A stretch of DNA of 39,158 nucleotides from a virus: the IMG/VR virus record IMGVR_UViG_3300046373_000033, positions 1 to 39,158 of that record; one strand, given 5' to 3'. The notes beneath the pieces were generated by a model, which was given only the letters and a program-made list of their open reading frames with translations, was not told the origin of the DNA and ran no database searches. How positions within the stretch are numbered: position 1 is the first letter of the stretch; each line of letters begins with the position of its first letter. A program made the translations under genes and the position numbers. Of the stretch, positions 22,170 through 29,864 are shown piece after piece.

Positions 22170-22747
22170 GCAATCAAACAATCGAGCAGGAAATCATCGC
22201 CAAGGGCAAGACGGCACCACGCATCACCCCGGCTGATGTCGAAGCAAATATCGTCAGCGAGCATTACTTCACAGCCAGGGACGGCGTTGCGCCACCAGTG
22301 GACAAGATGGTTGACAGATTCCTTGCATGGAGATTGCCGGAAGATTTTTACCCGGATGCTGGCGTTTCTTTCAAAGCGCCTGAGCGCCCACTTGACTGGC
22401 CGATCGGCACAAATCTCTTGCATGCTGGACAGGCGAAAGAAATGCTTGAGCATGTGGTCGGCAAAACCAGTGTGCCGCAAGCACTCAGCCTGCTGACCTT
22501 CTGCGTCCTCATCCTGCGCAACGGTTTCACCGTCACTGGCGAGAGCGCCTGCGCCAGTCCGGAAAACTTTGACGCGGAGATTGGTCGCAAGATTGCGCGC
22601 GCCAATGCGGTGCAAAAGATCTGGCCACTGATGGGCTATGCGCTCAAACAAAAACTTCATGTGCAGGGGAAGATGGTCGGCACTTTCTATCTTGCTCACC
22701 CTGATGGCTCTTACTCGATAGCAGAACCACAGCCAGTTATTTTGTAA
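22166..22747 (+). CDS. N4 Gp49 / Sf6 Gp66 family protein with an inserted ~50-aa segment
   Basis: SEHYFTARDG ... LLTFCVLILRNGFTVTGESACASPENFDAEIGRKIARANAVQKIWPLMGY matches the remembered family core. The segment VDRFLAWRLPEDFYPDAGVSFK...GTNLL lies between the two halves. Confidence 0.65.
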   Translation: MSNQTIEQEIIAKGKTAPRITPADVEANIVSEHYFTARDGVAPPVDKMVDRFLAWRLPEDFYPDAGVSFKAPERPLDWPIGTNLLHAGQAKEMLEHVVGKTSVPQALSLLTFCVLILRNGFTVTGESACASPENFDAEIGRKIARANAVQKIWPLMGYALKQKLHVQGKMVGTFYLAHPDGSYSIAEPQPVIL

Positions 22748-22797
22748 TCCAACCGCCCGACTAAAAACGGGGCATATGTAAAACAAGGGAGAGGGTG

Positions 22798-22971
22798 ATG
22801 GGGAAGCTTATAGGGTTGTTTTTGTTTTTTGCGTTTATTTTCCTGGCTGCAATCGGTTGGGTGATGAACATTGCGAAATTGTTTTACGCAACTGGCTTTG
22901 GTGAAGTTGCGGTGCGGTTGATCGGAATGATTGCTTTCCCACTGGGCGCTTTACTTGGATGGGTGGGCTAA
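22798..22971 (+). CDS. Small membrane protein (57 aa), not in the ORF track
   Basis: AAGGGAGAGGG lies before ATG 22798. Hand translation gives MGKLIGLFLFFAFIFLAAIGWVMNIAKLFYATGFGEVAVRLIGMIAFPLGALLGWVG. Confidence 0.55.
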   Translation: MGKLIGLFLFFAFIFLAAIGWVMNIAKLFYATGFGEVAVRLIGMIAFPLGALLGWVG

Positions 22972-22973
22972 TC

Positions 22974-23264
22974 ATGACCAACGCAAAGAAAGAGTTCACG
23001 CGGGAAGAGGTGGAGAACTTTGTCGCTTACATGAAGGCATGGGAATTTGACATTCCACAGCATGTGTACGAAGCCATCCTTCCTATCGCTGAAGCCTTCG
23101 CCGCCAGACTGGCAGAGGATGAGGCGAATAAGCCGGTGTGCTGGATAAATTCTGAATCATTGAAAAAGCTTGAGGAAGGCAAAAAGCCAATGTTTCCGCC
23201 ATCTGTTTTGGAGTATCAGAGCGAATTCCATAACGCCCCTCTCTACACCAGGAGCAAGCCATGA
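22974..23264 (+). CDS. Hypothetical protein (96 aa)
   Basis: Track ORF 22959..23264. ATG 22974 lies 2 nt after the upstream stop. Confidence 0.55.
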   Translation: MTNAKKEFTREEVENFVAYMKAWEFDIPQHVYEAILPIAEAFAARLAEDEANKPVCWINSESLKKLEEGKKPMFPPSVLEYQSEFHNAPLYTRSKP

Positions 23265-23671
23265 ACCCAAACAATTGCATGAATCACATCCGCATACCAG
23301 CAATCCTGAAGATATTGGAAGCAGGCCCAATGCCATCCAAGGATATTGCTGACCACATGATGATGAACGTGGAAAACGCGTTGAAGTACATACGACGCTG
23401 CAAGGTGCAGAACTTGGTTCACATTCATAGCTGGGATGGACAGGTTCCTTATTACAAGCTTGGCCCAGGTCTGGACGCCCCGAAGAAACAGCGTAGCGAC
23501 GAGGAAATACTTGTCTACCAGCGCAAGAAGTGGCAGGAAAATAAGCTCAAGGAAAGGCGTCAGCAGGAGGAAAGCGTCGAGCGCGAGCGCAGAGCATTGG
23601 AAAGCAGGCAAGGCACAAAAGCCACTCCATGGGATGCGCTGAATCCTACTTTGTTCAGGGTGGCGGCATGA
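23261..23671 (+). CDS. Putative winged-helix DNA-binding protein with a charged C-terminal tail
   Basis: IPAILKILEAGPMPSKDIADHMMMNVENALKYIRRCKVQNLVHI looks MarR/ArsR-like. ATGA-coupled. Confidence 0.45.
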   Translation: MNPNNCMNHIRIPAILKILEAGPMPSKDIADHMMMNVENALKYIRRCKVQNLVHIHSWDGQVPYYKLGPGLDAPKKQRSDEEILVYQRKKWQENKLKERRQQEESVERERRALESRQGTKATPWDALNPTLFRVAA

Positions 23672-24012
23672 AAGCGTCACTGCAAGCGCTAGGGCGGCTT
23701 AAGACCGGCGTCATGAACAAGACCGAGGCCGAGTACAACCGGAAGCTTGAGGCGCTTAAGGCAATCGGCAATGTGGCTTGGTACAAGTTCGAGGGGATGA
23801 AGTTCAGGCTGGCCGATAACACTTTCTACACGCCTGACTTTATCGTAATGCTTCCATGCGGAAAGATGCAAGCACATGAGGTAAAAGGATTTTGGACGGA
23901 CGACGCACGGGTAAAGATCAAGGTTGCCGCTGACATGTACCCTTTCGATTTCATCGCAGTGAAGCCAAAGCCAAAGAAAGATGGTGGCGGCTGGGCAGTC
24001 GAGGAGTTCTGA
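23668..24012 (+). CDS. PD-(D/E)XK nuclease, DUF1064-like (possible Holliday-junction resolvase)
   Basis: MNKTEAEYNRKLEALKAIGNVAWYKFEGMKFRLADNTFYTPDFIVMLPCGKMQAHEVKG gives D...E-x-K. Start at ATG 23668 (ATGA overlap). Confidence 0.55.
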   Translation: MKASLQALGRLKTGVMNKTEAEYNRKLEALKAIGNVAWYKFEGMKFRLADNTFYTPDFIVMLPCGKMQAHEVKGFWTDDARVKIKVAADMYPFDFIAVKPKPKKDGGGWAVEEF

Positions 24013-24014
24013 CC

Positions 24015-24458
24015 ATGGCAGGCAACAGCAAACCAAAGCGTAAGAAATACAGGCCCAAAGCCATCTACAAGCCCATGATGGCGAATACCAGGGCAGACAT
24101 AGCACTTGACATGCACCTAGCGGTAGAAGCCTGCATCAACGCTCCTAGTCCTGCCACCTTTGACCAGCTAGGGGCAATGCTGGCTTCCATGGCAACGGCG
24201 ATCAACCAGCAGGGCGACATGCCTATCGAGTACAGGGACGATGAAGACTCCAAGGCAATAGTTCGGATGATGAAGGCGCTGCACAACATCCAGGAGCGAT
24301 TCGACCGGATAGGCAAGTACGGTGCCAGTGAGGAAGAAGCCGCAACGCTGCGGGAGGCGTCGGGCTACATGGACTCAGCGCTTGCCAGAATACCGATGAA
24401 CGTTATGCAAGCATCGATCTATCAGGTAACGCAAATGTGTCAGGGGAGGGTGGGATGA
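24015..24458 (+). CDS. Hypothetical protein (147 aa), basic N-terminus
   Basis: ORF track. No motif recognised. Confidence 0.55.
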   Translation: MAGNSKPKRKKYRPKAIYKPMMANTRADIALDMHLAVEACINAPSPATFDQLGAMLASMATAINQQGDMPIEYRDDEDSKAIVRMMKALHNIQERFDRIGKYGASEEEAATLREASGYMDSALARIPMNVMQASIYQVTQMCQGRVG

Positions 24459-24649
24459 AGGTTACAAAAAGAGCATCCAGAAAGGCTAAGCAAGACCAGA
24501 TTGATTCACTAAATATAGCGATAGAACAGTGGCTGGCCATTCTTGACAAAGCCGAAACAGAAGAAGAGATAGAAGAGTGTGAATGGCAACTATTCCGTGC
24601 AAAGGACGATTTGGACTATATCAGGAAGAACGGGGAGGGCAGTCTATGA
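24455..24649 (+). CDS. Hypothetical protein (64 aa)
   Basis: ATGA overlap at 24455-24458: MKVTKRASRKAKQDQIDSLNIAIEQW... Confidence 0.5.
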   Translation: MKVTKRASRKAKQDQIDSLNIAIEQWLAILDKAETEEEIEECEWQLFRAKDDLDYIRKNGEGSL

Positions 24650-24858
24650 AGCTAACAGGGTGGTATTCAGGCGATCAGAAGCCGGTACGGAAAGGAATTT
24701 ACGAGCGTGATCATGGTTATTGTTCTTCTTTTTCATGGTTCGACGGGGGAAATTGGAGAGCATCGTTTTATTTTATTGAAAAGGCTATCGAAAATAATGG
24801 ATGGGTTTCTAGTTACCAAGACCTACCATGGCGCGGAATTCAAGGAGAGGAAGAATGA
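24646..24858 (+). CDS. Hypothetical protein (70 aa)
   Basis: ATGA overlap at 24646-24649: MKLTGWYSGDQKPVRKGIYERDHGY... Confidence 0.5.
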   Translation: MKLTGWYSGDQKPVRKGIYERDHGYCSSFSWFDGGNWRASFYFIEKAIENNGWVSSYQDLPWRGIQGEEE

Positions 24859-24992
24859 CGGTCGAAGAAATTGTTGCTTGTGCCATGTTTTTAATCCCTT
24901 GTTTCTCTATCGTGGTATGGGTGCTTCTGGAAAACAAGCGTTTTGACAAGCGACTAAAAGAGTGGGACGAAAAATGGGGATCGAAGTCATGA
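24855..24992 (+). CDS. Small membrane protein (45 aa), not in the ORF track
   Basis: MTVEEIVACAMFLIPCFSIVVWVLLENKRFDKRLKEWDEKWGSKS, with ATGA overlaps at both ends. Confidence 0.45.
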   Translation: MTVEEIVACAMFLIPCFSIVVWVLLENKRFDKRLKEWDEKWGSKS

Positions 24993-25195
24993 GCGATACA
25001 CCGAGAGTGGATGCGCAAAGGCGTTTGTCTGATCTTGACCCGGACGGATGGCCTAGCATTTATGCGAACATGAGTTTGCTTTCTGAGGATCTGGAGATAG
25101 AGCTAACCGCATCCAACAAGCGCATAGCCGAACTAGAAGCAGAGAACGCCAAGCTAAAAGAAGACGCAGCCAGGAAAGAGGGGGATTGGAAATGA
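24989..25195 (+). CDS. Coiled-coil protein (68 aa), MSDTPRV... family, paralogue of 11598..11960
   Basis: MSDTPRVDAQRRL...SNKRIAELEAENAKLKED. Confidence 0.55.
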   Translation: MSDTPRVDAQRRLSDLDPDGWPSIYANMSLLSEDLEIELTASNKRIAELEAENAKLKEDAARKEGDWK

Positions 25196-25515
25196 AACGA
25201 GATATCGATCCAACAGAAGAACTCCTGCTGCGCTGGGCAGAGTCAATGCGCCATGGCGGAGGATTGCAAGAGCCGTCCAAAGCCAGTGGTGGATTCATTG
25301 ATTCATGGGTGAAGGATAGCGAGGAACTGTTTGAGGCGGCAGACGACAGGGAGATAGGGCGAATCAACGCAGCAATCGACAGTCTGAGATCGCCGCATCA
25401 GAAAGTTATCTACAAGAAACATAAGCTTGGCTATATGGTATGGCGCTTCGACAACGAGGAAGAACTATATGATTCCGCCAAGAAAGAGTTCGGATTGAAA
25501 TATTTCAGTGCATAA
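25192..25515 (+). CDS. Q-like late-gene antiterminator (tentative)
   Basis: LLLRWAESMRHGGG ... ADDREIGRINAAIDSLRSPHQKVIYKKH parallels the lambdoid Q pattern (LERWGAW ... DDDA..I...V..L......L...Y). Immediately upstream of the late promoter and terminators. Confidence 0.5.
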   Translation: MKRDIDPTEELLLRWAESMRHGGGLQEPSKASGGFIDSWVKDSEELFEAADDREIGRINAAIDSLRSPHQKVIYKKHKLGYMVWRFDNEEELYDSAKKEFGLKYFSA

Positions 25516-25520
25516 ATATG

Positions 25521-25549
25521 TTGTAAACGGCAAGAAGCTGTTGTAGTAT
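25521..25549 (+). promoter_or_regulatory. Late promoter candidate (PR'-like) TTGTAA-17-TAGTAT
   Basis: Hexamers at 25521-25526 and 25544-25549, in the 208-nt gap between the Q-like gene and terS. Confidence 0.55.
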
Positions 25550-25584
25550 TCGTCTTGCCACTAGTCACGTCTAGAGGAAACCAA

Positions 25585-25609
25585 AGCCACCCTAACCCGG
25601 TGGCTTTTT
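25585..25609 (+). terminator. Intrinsic terminator 1 downstream of the late promoter
   Basis: AGCCACC (25585-25591) pairs with GGTGGCT (25599-25605), then TTTTT. Confidence 0.7.
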
Positions 25610-25643
25610 GCATTCCAAGTTTCTCCGCTCTCTCCCGAGCCTC

Positions 25644-25676
25644 GCCCGCATCCATAACGGATAGCGGGCTTTTTTA
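25644..25676 (+). terminator. Intrinsic terminator 2 downstream of the late promoter
   Basis: GCCCGC(A)TCC...GGA(TA)GCGGGC followed by TTTTTTATT. Confidence 0.7.
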
Positions 25677-25723
25677 TTGCCGACTTGCTGCGGATCAGCA
25701 TGCTTATAACTTGGCTATAGGCC

Positions 25724-26026
25724 ATGAAAACCACCATGACTGACACTAAAGAACTGAAGCCTGCTGGTAGGCGTCCGCCTGCCGCTGGCATGGGCCGAAA
25801 GAAGGGTTCGGTGAACAAAACCACCAAAAGCGCCAAAGAGGCTATTGCAGCCGCTGCGGAGGCATTGGGTGGGGCTGAGCGTTTGGCTGAGTGGGCGAAA
25901 GAAGAGCCATCCAACGAGCGTGTGTTCTGGGGAACGATCTATCCTAAGCTGCTGCCATTGCAAGTAACCGGCGAAGGTGGCGGTCCTGTGATCGTTCAGG
26001 CGTCAGCACTGGATGAGCGGATTTAA
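25724..26026 (+). CDS. Terminase small subunit (tentative)
   Basis: 100 aa, basic N-terminus KPAGRRPPAAGMGRKKGSVNKTTK. First gene of the late operon and overlaps terL. Confidence 0.55.
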   Translation: MKTTMTDTKELKPAGRRPPAAGMGRKKGSVNKTTKSAKEAIAAAAEALGGAERLAEWAKEEPSNERVFWGTIYPKLLPLQVTGEGGGPVIVQASALDERI

Positions 26027-27377
26027 GTTAAACGCCAAGCAGGAAGAGGCGCAGCATGTATTAGCGGGCGATGCTACGCACATCATGCTGTTTGGTGGGT
26101 CGCGCAGCGGGAAGACATTTCTACTGACGCGCAATGTGGTGATGCGTGCGCTAAAAGCGCCTGGCAGTCGCCATGCAATCTTGCGCTTCCGCTTCAATGC
26201 GGTCAAAGCGTCTGTTGTGATGGACACTTTTCCTAAAGTCATGGGGATTGCTTTCCCAGGTGTTAAGTGGACTATCAATAAGACTGATTGGTTTGCCACT
26301 ATTGGCGAGGGAACGGGAAACACAAGCGAAGTATGGTTCGGCGGCCTGGACGACAAAGAGCGCACCGAAAAGATCCTTGGTATGGAGTTCTCCACCATCT
26401 ATCTGAATGAATCAAGTCAGATACCCTGGGGGAGTGTAGGTGTTGCTGTGACGCGGCTGGCTCAATTGGCTGTGCAGAAGATTCAGGGCCGCGATGCAAA
26501 GCCTTTAAAGCCGCGTATGTACTACGACTGCAATCCGCCCAGTAAAGTCCATTGGTCGTATATGCAGTTCATCGAAAAGCGCGATCCCGAGAGCAAGAAA
26601 GGGATTGCAAAGCCGATGGACTACGCCTGGTTTCAGATCAACCCAATGGATAACGCCGAGAACCTTTCAGCGGGTTATCTTGAGACGTTGATGAATTTGT
26701 CTCCAAGGCTGCAGAAGCGATTCCTTAAGGGCGAATTCGCAGATGCAAATCCGCATGCGTTATTCCACGACGAAATAATAGACAAATGGCGCGTCACTGA
26801 CGGTGTTGTGCCTGACATGGTTCGAATCGTCGTTGCAGTTGACCCTAGCGGCTCTGATGATGCGGACAACGCTGATAACGATGCGATTGGTATTTGCGTG
26901 GCTGGCCTTGGAACGGATGGCAATGCATACCTACTTGAGGATTGCACTGTGAAAGCTGGTCCTGCCACATGGGGCAAGATCGCGACAGATGCATTTGAGC
27001 GGCATGCTGCCGACATTGTTGTTGGTGAAATCAACTATGGCGGCGCAATGGTGCATCACGTCATCAAGACTGCGCGGCCTCGCACGCCATACAAGCAAGT
27101 TACCGCATCACGCGGCAAGGTTGTCCGCGCAGAACCATTCTCAGCACTCTATGAGCAAGGCAAGGTTCGCCATGTTGGTGACTTCCATGATCTTGAGGAT
27201 GAGCTAGCGGCATTTTCCACATTCGGCTATACCGGCGAGTCATCACCAAATCGTGCCGATGCGCTTATTTGGGCGCTAACAGAACTATTCCCCGGCTTGG
27301 TAAGAGATAAATCCAAGAAGCAAGCGCCGCCTAAGGAGTCCGACGAATATCTAGGAGGTCAATCATGGATGTCATGA
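26013..27377 (+). CDS. terL: Terminase large subunit
   Basis: Walker A in MLFGGSRSGKTF. Acidic nuclease-type motifs (VAVDPSGSDD..., GEINYGG). 454 aa. Confidence 0.88.
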   Translation: MSGFKLNAKQEEAQHVLAGDATHIMLFGGSRSGKTFLLTRNVVMRALKAPGSRHAILRFRFNAVKASVVMDTFPKVMGIAFPGVKWTINKTDWFATIGEGTGNTSEVWFGGLDDKERTEKILGMEFSTIYLNESSQIPWGSVGVAVTRLAQLAVQKIQGRDAKPLKPRMYYDCNPPSKVHWSYMQFIEKRDPESKKGIAKPMDYAWFQINPMDNAENLSAGYLETLMNLSPRLQKRFLKGEFADANPHALFHDEIIDKWRVTDGVVPDMVRIVVAVDPSGSDDADNADNDAIGICVAGLGTDGNAYLLEDCTVKAGPATWGKIATDAFERHAADIVVGEINYGGAMVHHVIKTARPRTPYKQVTASRGKVVRAEPFSALYEQGKVRHVGDFHDLEDELAAFSTFGYTGESSPNRADALIWALTELFPGLVRDKSKKQAPPKESDEYLGGQSWMS

Positions 27378-27691
27378 CAGGTAATCGCCAACGAGGCGCG
27401 ACCAGCCTGATGCTCTCTGTGCCGGAGAGTCTGCCTGAGCATATGAGGCGACACATACGCGAAGTGTCAAAGATCGAAACGAAAGCCAGCCACCGTAACA
27501 AAGGGCTGGCTTCTTTACTTCTGGATCAGGTCTGCGATGAGGCAGATAGCAGCGGTGTGATGCTGATGCTGACAGTTGAACCATACGAACAAGGCAGGAC
27601 TAAACAGGAGCTAGTTGACTGGTACGAGCGCTTCGGCTTTGAAAAGCTGCAAGACGAACCGTATCTGATGGCGCGAAAACCCTATGGCTGA
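27365..27691 (+). CDS. Minimal GNAT-type N-acetyltransferase (108 aa)
   Basis: ETKASHRNKGLASLLLDQVCDEADSSG (R-x-x-G-x-A acetyl-CoA motif A) and ...LVDWYERFGFEKL. AGGAGG lies 6 nt before ATG 27365. Confidence 0.6.
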   Translation: MDVMTGNRQRGATSLMLSVPESLPEHMRRHIREVSKIETKASHRNKGLASLLLDQVCDEADSSGVMLMLTVEPYEQGRTKQELVDWYERFGFEKLQDEPYLMARKPYG

Positions 27692-29864
27692 CGAACACAA
27701 ATCTATCATCGAGGTAGCGAAGAAGCGCTATGAACAGGCGAAATCCGCCTATTCATCGACTCGCGCCCAGGCGGTGGAAGATACCAAGTTCGCTTTGGGT
27801 GACAGTGACAACAACTGGCAATGGCCTGAGCGTGAGCGTATGGGGCGCGTCAATGCGCAAAAGGTTTGCTTGACAGTCAACCTGACAGCGCAGCATTGCA
27901 ACCAGATCATCAACAATATCCGTCAGAACCGCCCACAGTGCCGTGTGCTTCCTGTAGACAATGGCGCAGACAAAAAGACAGCAGAGATCATGGCTGGCTT
28001 GATCCGCAACATCCAATCCTCATCCAATGCCGATGACGCTCACGATACGGCTGCTGAGCACTCGATCTACGGTGGCGAGGGGTACTGGCGCATCCTGACG
28101 GAATACGAGTCTGAAACGTCGTTTAAACAGCGCATTCGCATCGCCACCATTCCTAACCCACAGATGGTCTACATTGATCCATCATCTAAGGAATTAGATC
28201 GTTCTGACGCTGACTGGTGCTTTATCTTCGAAGACATCAGCAAGGAACAGTGCAAGCGCGATCACAAGGGTATCGATCCTTCATCCTGGCAATCAGAGCC
28301 TTCGGGATGGGTAGCGCAGGATACCGTGCGTCGTGCTGAATACTTCTATGCGGAATATACGCCTGACACTGCCTACCTGATCAGCAATGGCACAGAGGAA
28401 GGCGTAAGCGTTCTGAAGAGTGATTACGACAAGGAGCCTGAGCGCTACGCCATGGGCATGATCACCAACGAGCGCCCGACACTGGTCAAGCGCTGGAAGT
28501 GGTGCAAGATCCTTGGCGGGCATGACAAGCCGCTTGATGAGAAGGACTGGCCCGGTGCTTACATGCCTGTTATCTCAGTCGTCGGCAAGCAGTTGAACGT
28601 CAATGGCGAAGTGGTGATTAAGGGCCAAGTGCGTGACCTGAAGGATCAGGCCCGCATGGTCAATTACTCGTACAGTGAGGCGATTCAAACTGTCGCATTG
28701 CAGAACAAGATTCCGTACATCGCTGCTGCTGAAGCCATTGAAGGGTACGAGGACGCATGGAAGGCTGCGAACACTTCCAACGCTTCATACCTACCTTACA
28801 ACGCATGGGATGAAAACGGGAATCAAATTCCTAAGCCCGAACGCCAGCAGCCTTCCGTTCTGCCAGCAGCCCAGGTGCAAATGCTCCAACTGTCCACGGA
28901 GCAGATGCGCGCAGCCAGCGGTCAGCAGAATGCCAACTTCGGCATCAAGTCTGAGGCGCAGTCTGGCGTAGGTATCAAGCGCCTGAAAGAGCAAGGCGAA
29001 GTGGCCACGTTCCACTTCCCTGACAACCAAGTACGAGGCCTGCGGTACGAGGCAAAGGTGCTGATTGATCTAATCCCAAAGATTTACGACACAAAGCGCG
29101 TTGTGCGTATTTTGGGGATGGATGGCAAGGACGAAAAGGTCACTCTCGATCCAGAAGCGCCCGCATACGAAGAACAGTTCACCGACGAGGATATCAATAA
29201 GATATTCAACCCGATGCTTGGTATGTATGACGTGGTGATTGACACCGGCCCGAGCTATCAAACGCAGCGCCAGGAAGCAGCCGAAGCACTCACAGAACTG
29301 TCGAGCAAGAATCCGCAGCTCATGCAAGTGGCTGGCGACATCATCATGCGGTCCTACGACTTCCCGATGGCTGATCAGCTTGCTAAGCGCCTTGAGAAGA
29401 CGCTTCCTCCTGGATTGCAGGATCAGAAGGGCCAGAAGCCATTGCCGCCAGAGGTGCAGCAAAAGCTCGAGCAGGATCAGCAGACCATTCAGCAGATGGA
29501 TGAAGCTATCCAGAAAATGCAGCAGGAATTGGAAAGCAAGGAAATCGAGCGCCAAAAGCTTGAGATTGACCGATTCAACGCTGAAACCAACCGCATGAAG
29601 GCTCAAGGTGAGTTGCAGATCAAGGCTGCCACTCTCAACAAGCCTGATGCCCCGCAAGCGATGGACAACACGGTTGATGACCACATCCTGGCTATCAAAA
29701 AGCAAGAGACTGACCAATACCGCGCTGAGACAGACCGACTCAAGCTTATCCAAGTTGCCAAGCCAGAAGGACTCGCTGAGGCAGTAGAGAGCGAATTCGG
29801 CCTGAGCCTGCCGCATGAAGAAGAACCAGAACCCACCGCCACGAAACCAGAAGGAAACGAATAA
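27684..29864 (+). CDS. Portal protein, P22-like, with a long C-terminal coiled-coil (barrel) region
   Basis: 726 aa. N-terminus AKKRYEQAKSAYSSTRAQAVEDTKFALGDSDNNWQWPE... is portal-typical. The C-terminal ~130 aa are Q/E/K-rich helix. Confidence 0.88.
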   Translation: MADEHKSIIEVAKKRYEQAKSAYSSTRAQAVEDTKFALGDSDNNWQWPERERMGRVNAQKVCLTVNLTAQHCNQIINNIRQNRPQCRVLPVDNGADKKTAEIMAGLIRNIQSSSNADDAHDTAAEHSIYGGEGYWRILTEYESETSFKQRIRIATIPNPQMVYIDPSSKELDRSDADWCFIFEDISKEQCKRDHKGIDPSSWQSEPSGWVAQDTVRRAEYFYAEYTPDTAYLISNGTEEGVSVLKSDYDKEPERYAMGMITNERPTLVKRWKWCKILGGHDKPLDEKDWPGAYMPVISVVGKQLNVNGEVVIKGQVRDLKDQARMVNYSYSEAIQTVALQNKIPYIAAAEAIEGYEDAWKAANTSNASYLPYNAWDENGNQIPKPERQQPSVLPAAQVQMLQLSTEQMRAASGQQNANFGIKSEAQSGVGIKRLKEQGEVATFHFPDNQVRGLRYEAKVLIDLIPKIYDTKRVVRILGMDGKDEKVTLDPEAPAYEEQFTDEDINKIFNPMLGMYDVVIDTGPSYQTQRQEAAEALTELSSKNPQLMQVAGDIIMRSYDFPMADQLAKRLEKTLPPGLQDQKGQKPLPPEVQQKLEQDQQTIQQMDEAIQKMQQELESKEIERQKLEIDRFNAETNRMKAQGELQIKAATLNKPDAPQAMDNTVDDHILAIKKQETDQYRAETDRLKLIQVAKPEGLAEAVESEFGLSLPHEEEPEPTATKPEGNE

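Noticed and set aside
22148-22786. 212-aa minus-strand ORF opposite the Gp49-like gene.
   Set aside because: It is a shadow of a gene with clear family motifs. It would oppose the unidirectional early-right operon, and no start signals were seen.
29070-29816. 248-aa minus-strand ORF (L-rich) opposite the portal C-terminus. The antisense ORFs at 647..1084, 19271..19828 and 11147..11719 are similar cases.
   Set aside because: They are antisense frames of Q/E/K-rich or GC-rich coding sequence. They have low-complexity products and no translational signals, and they conflict with tightly coupled operons.
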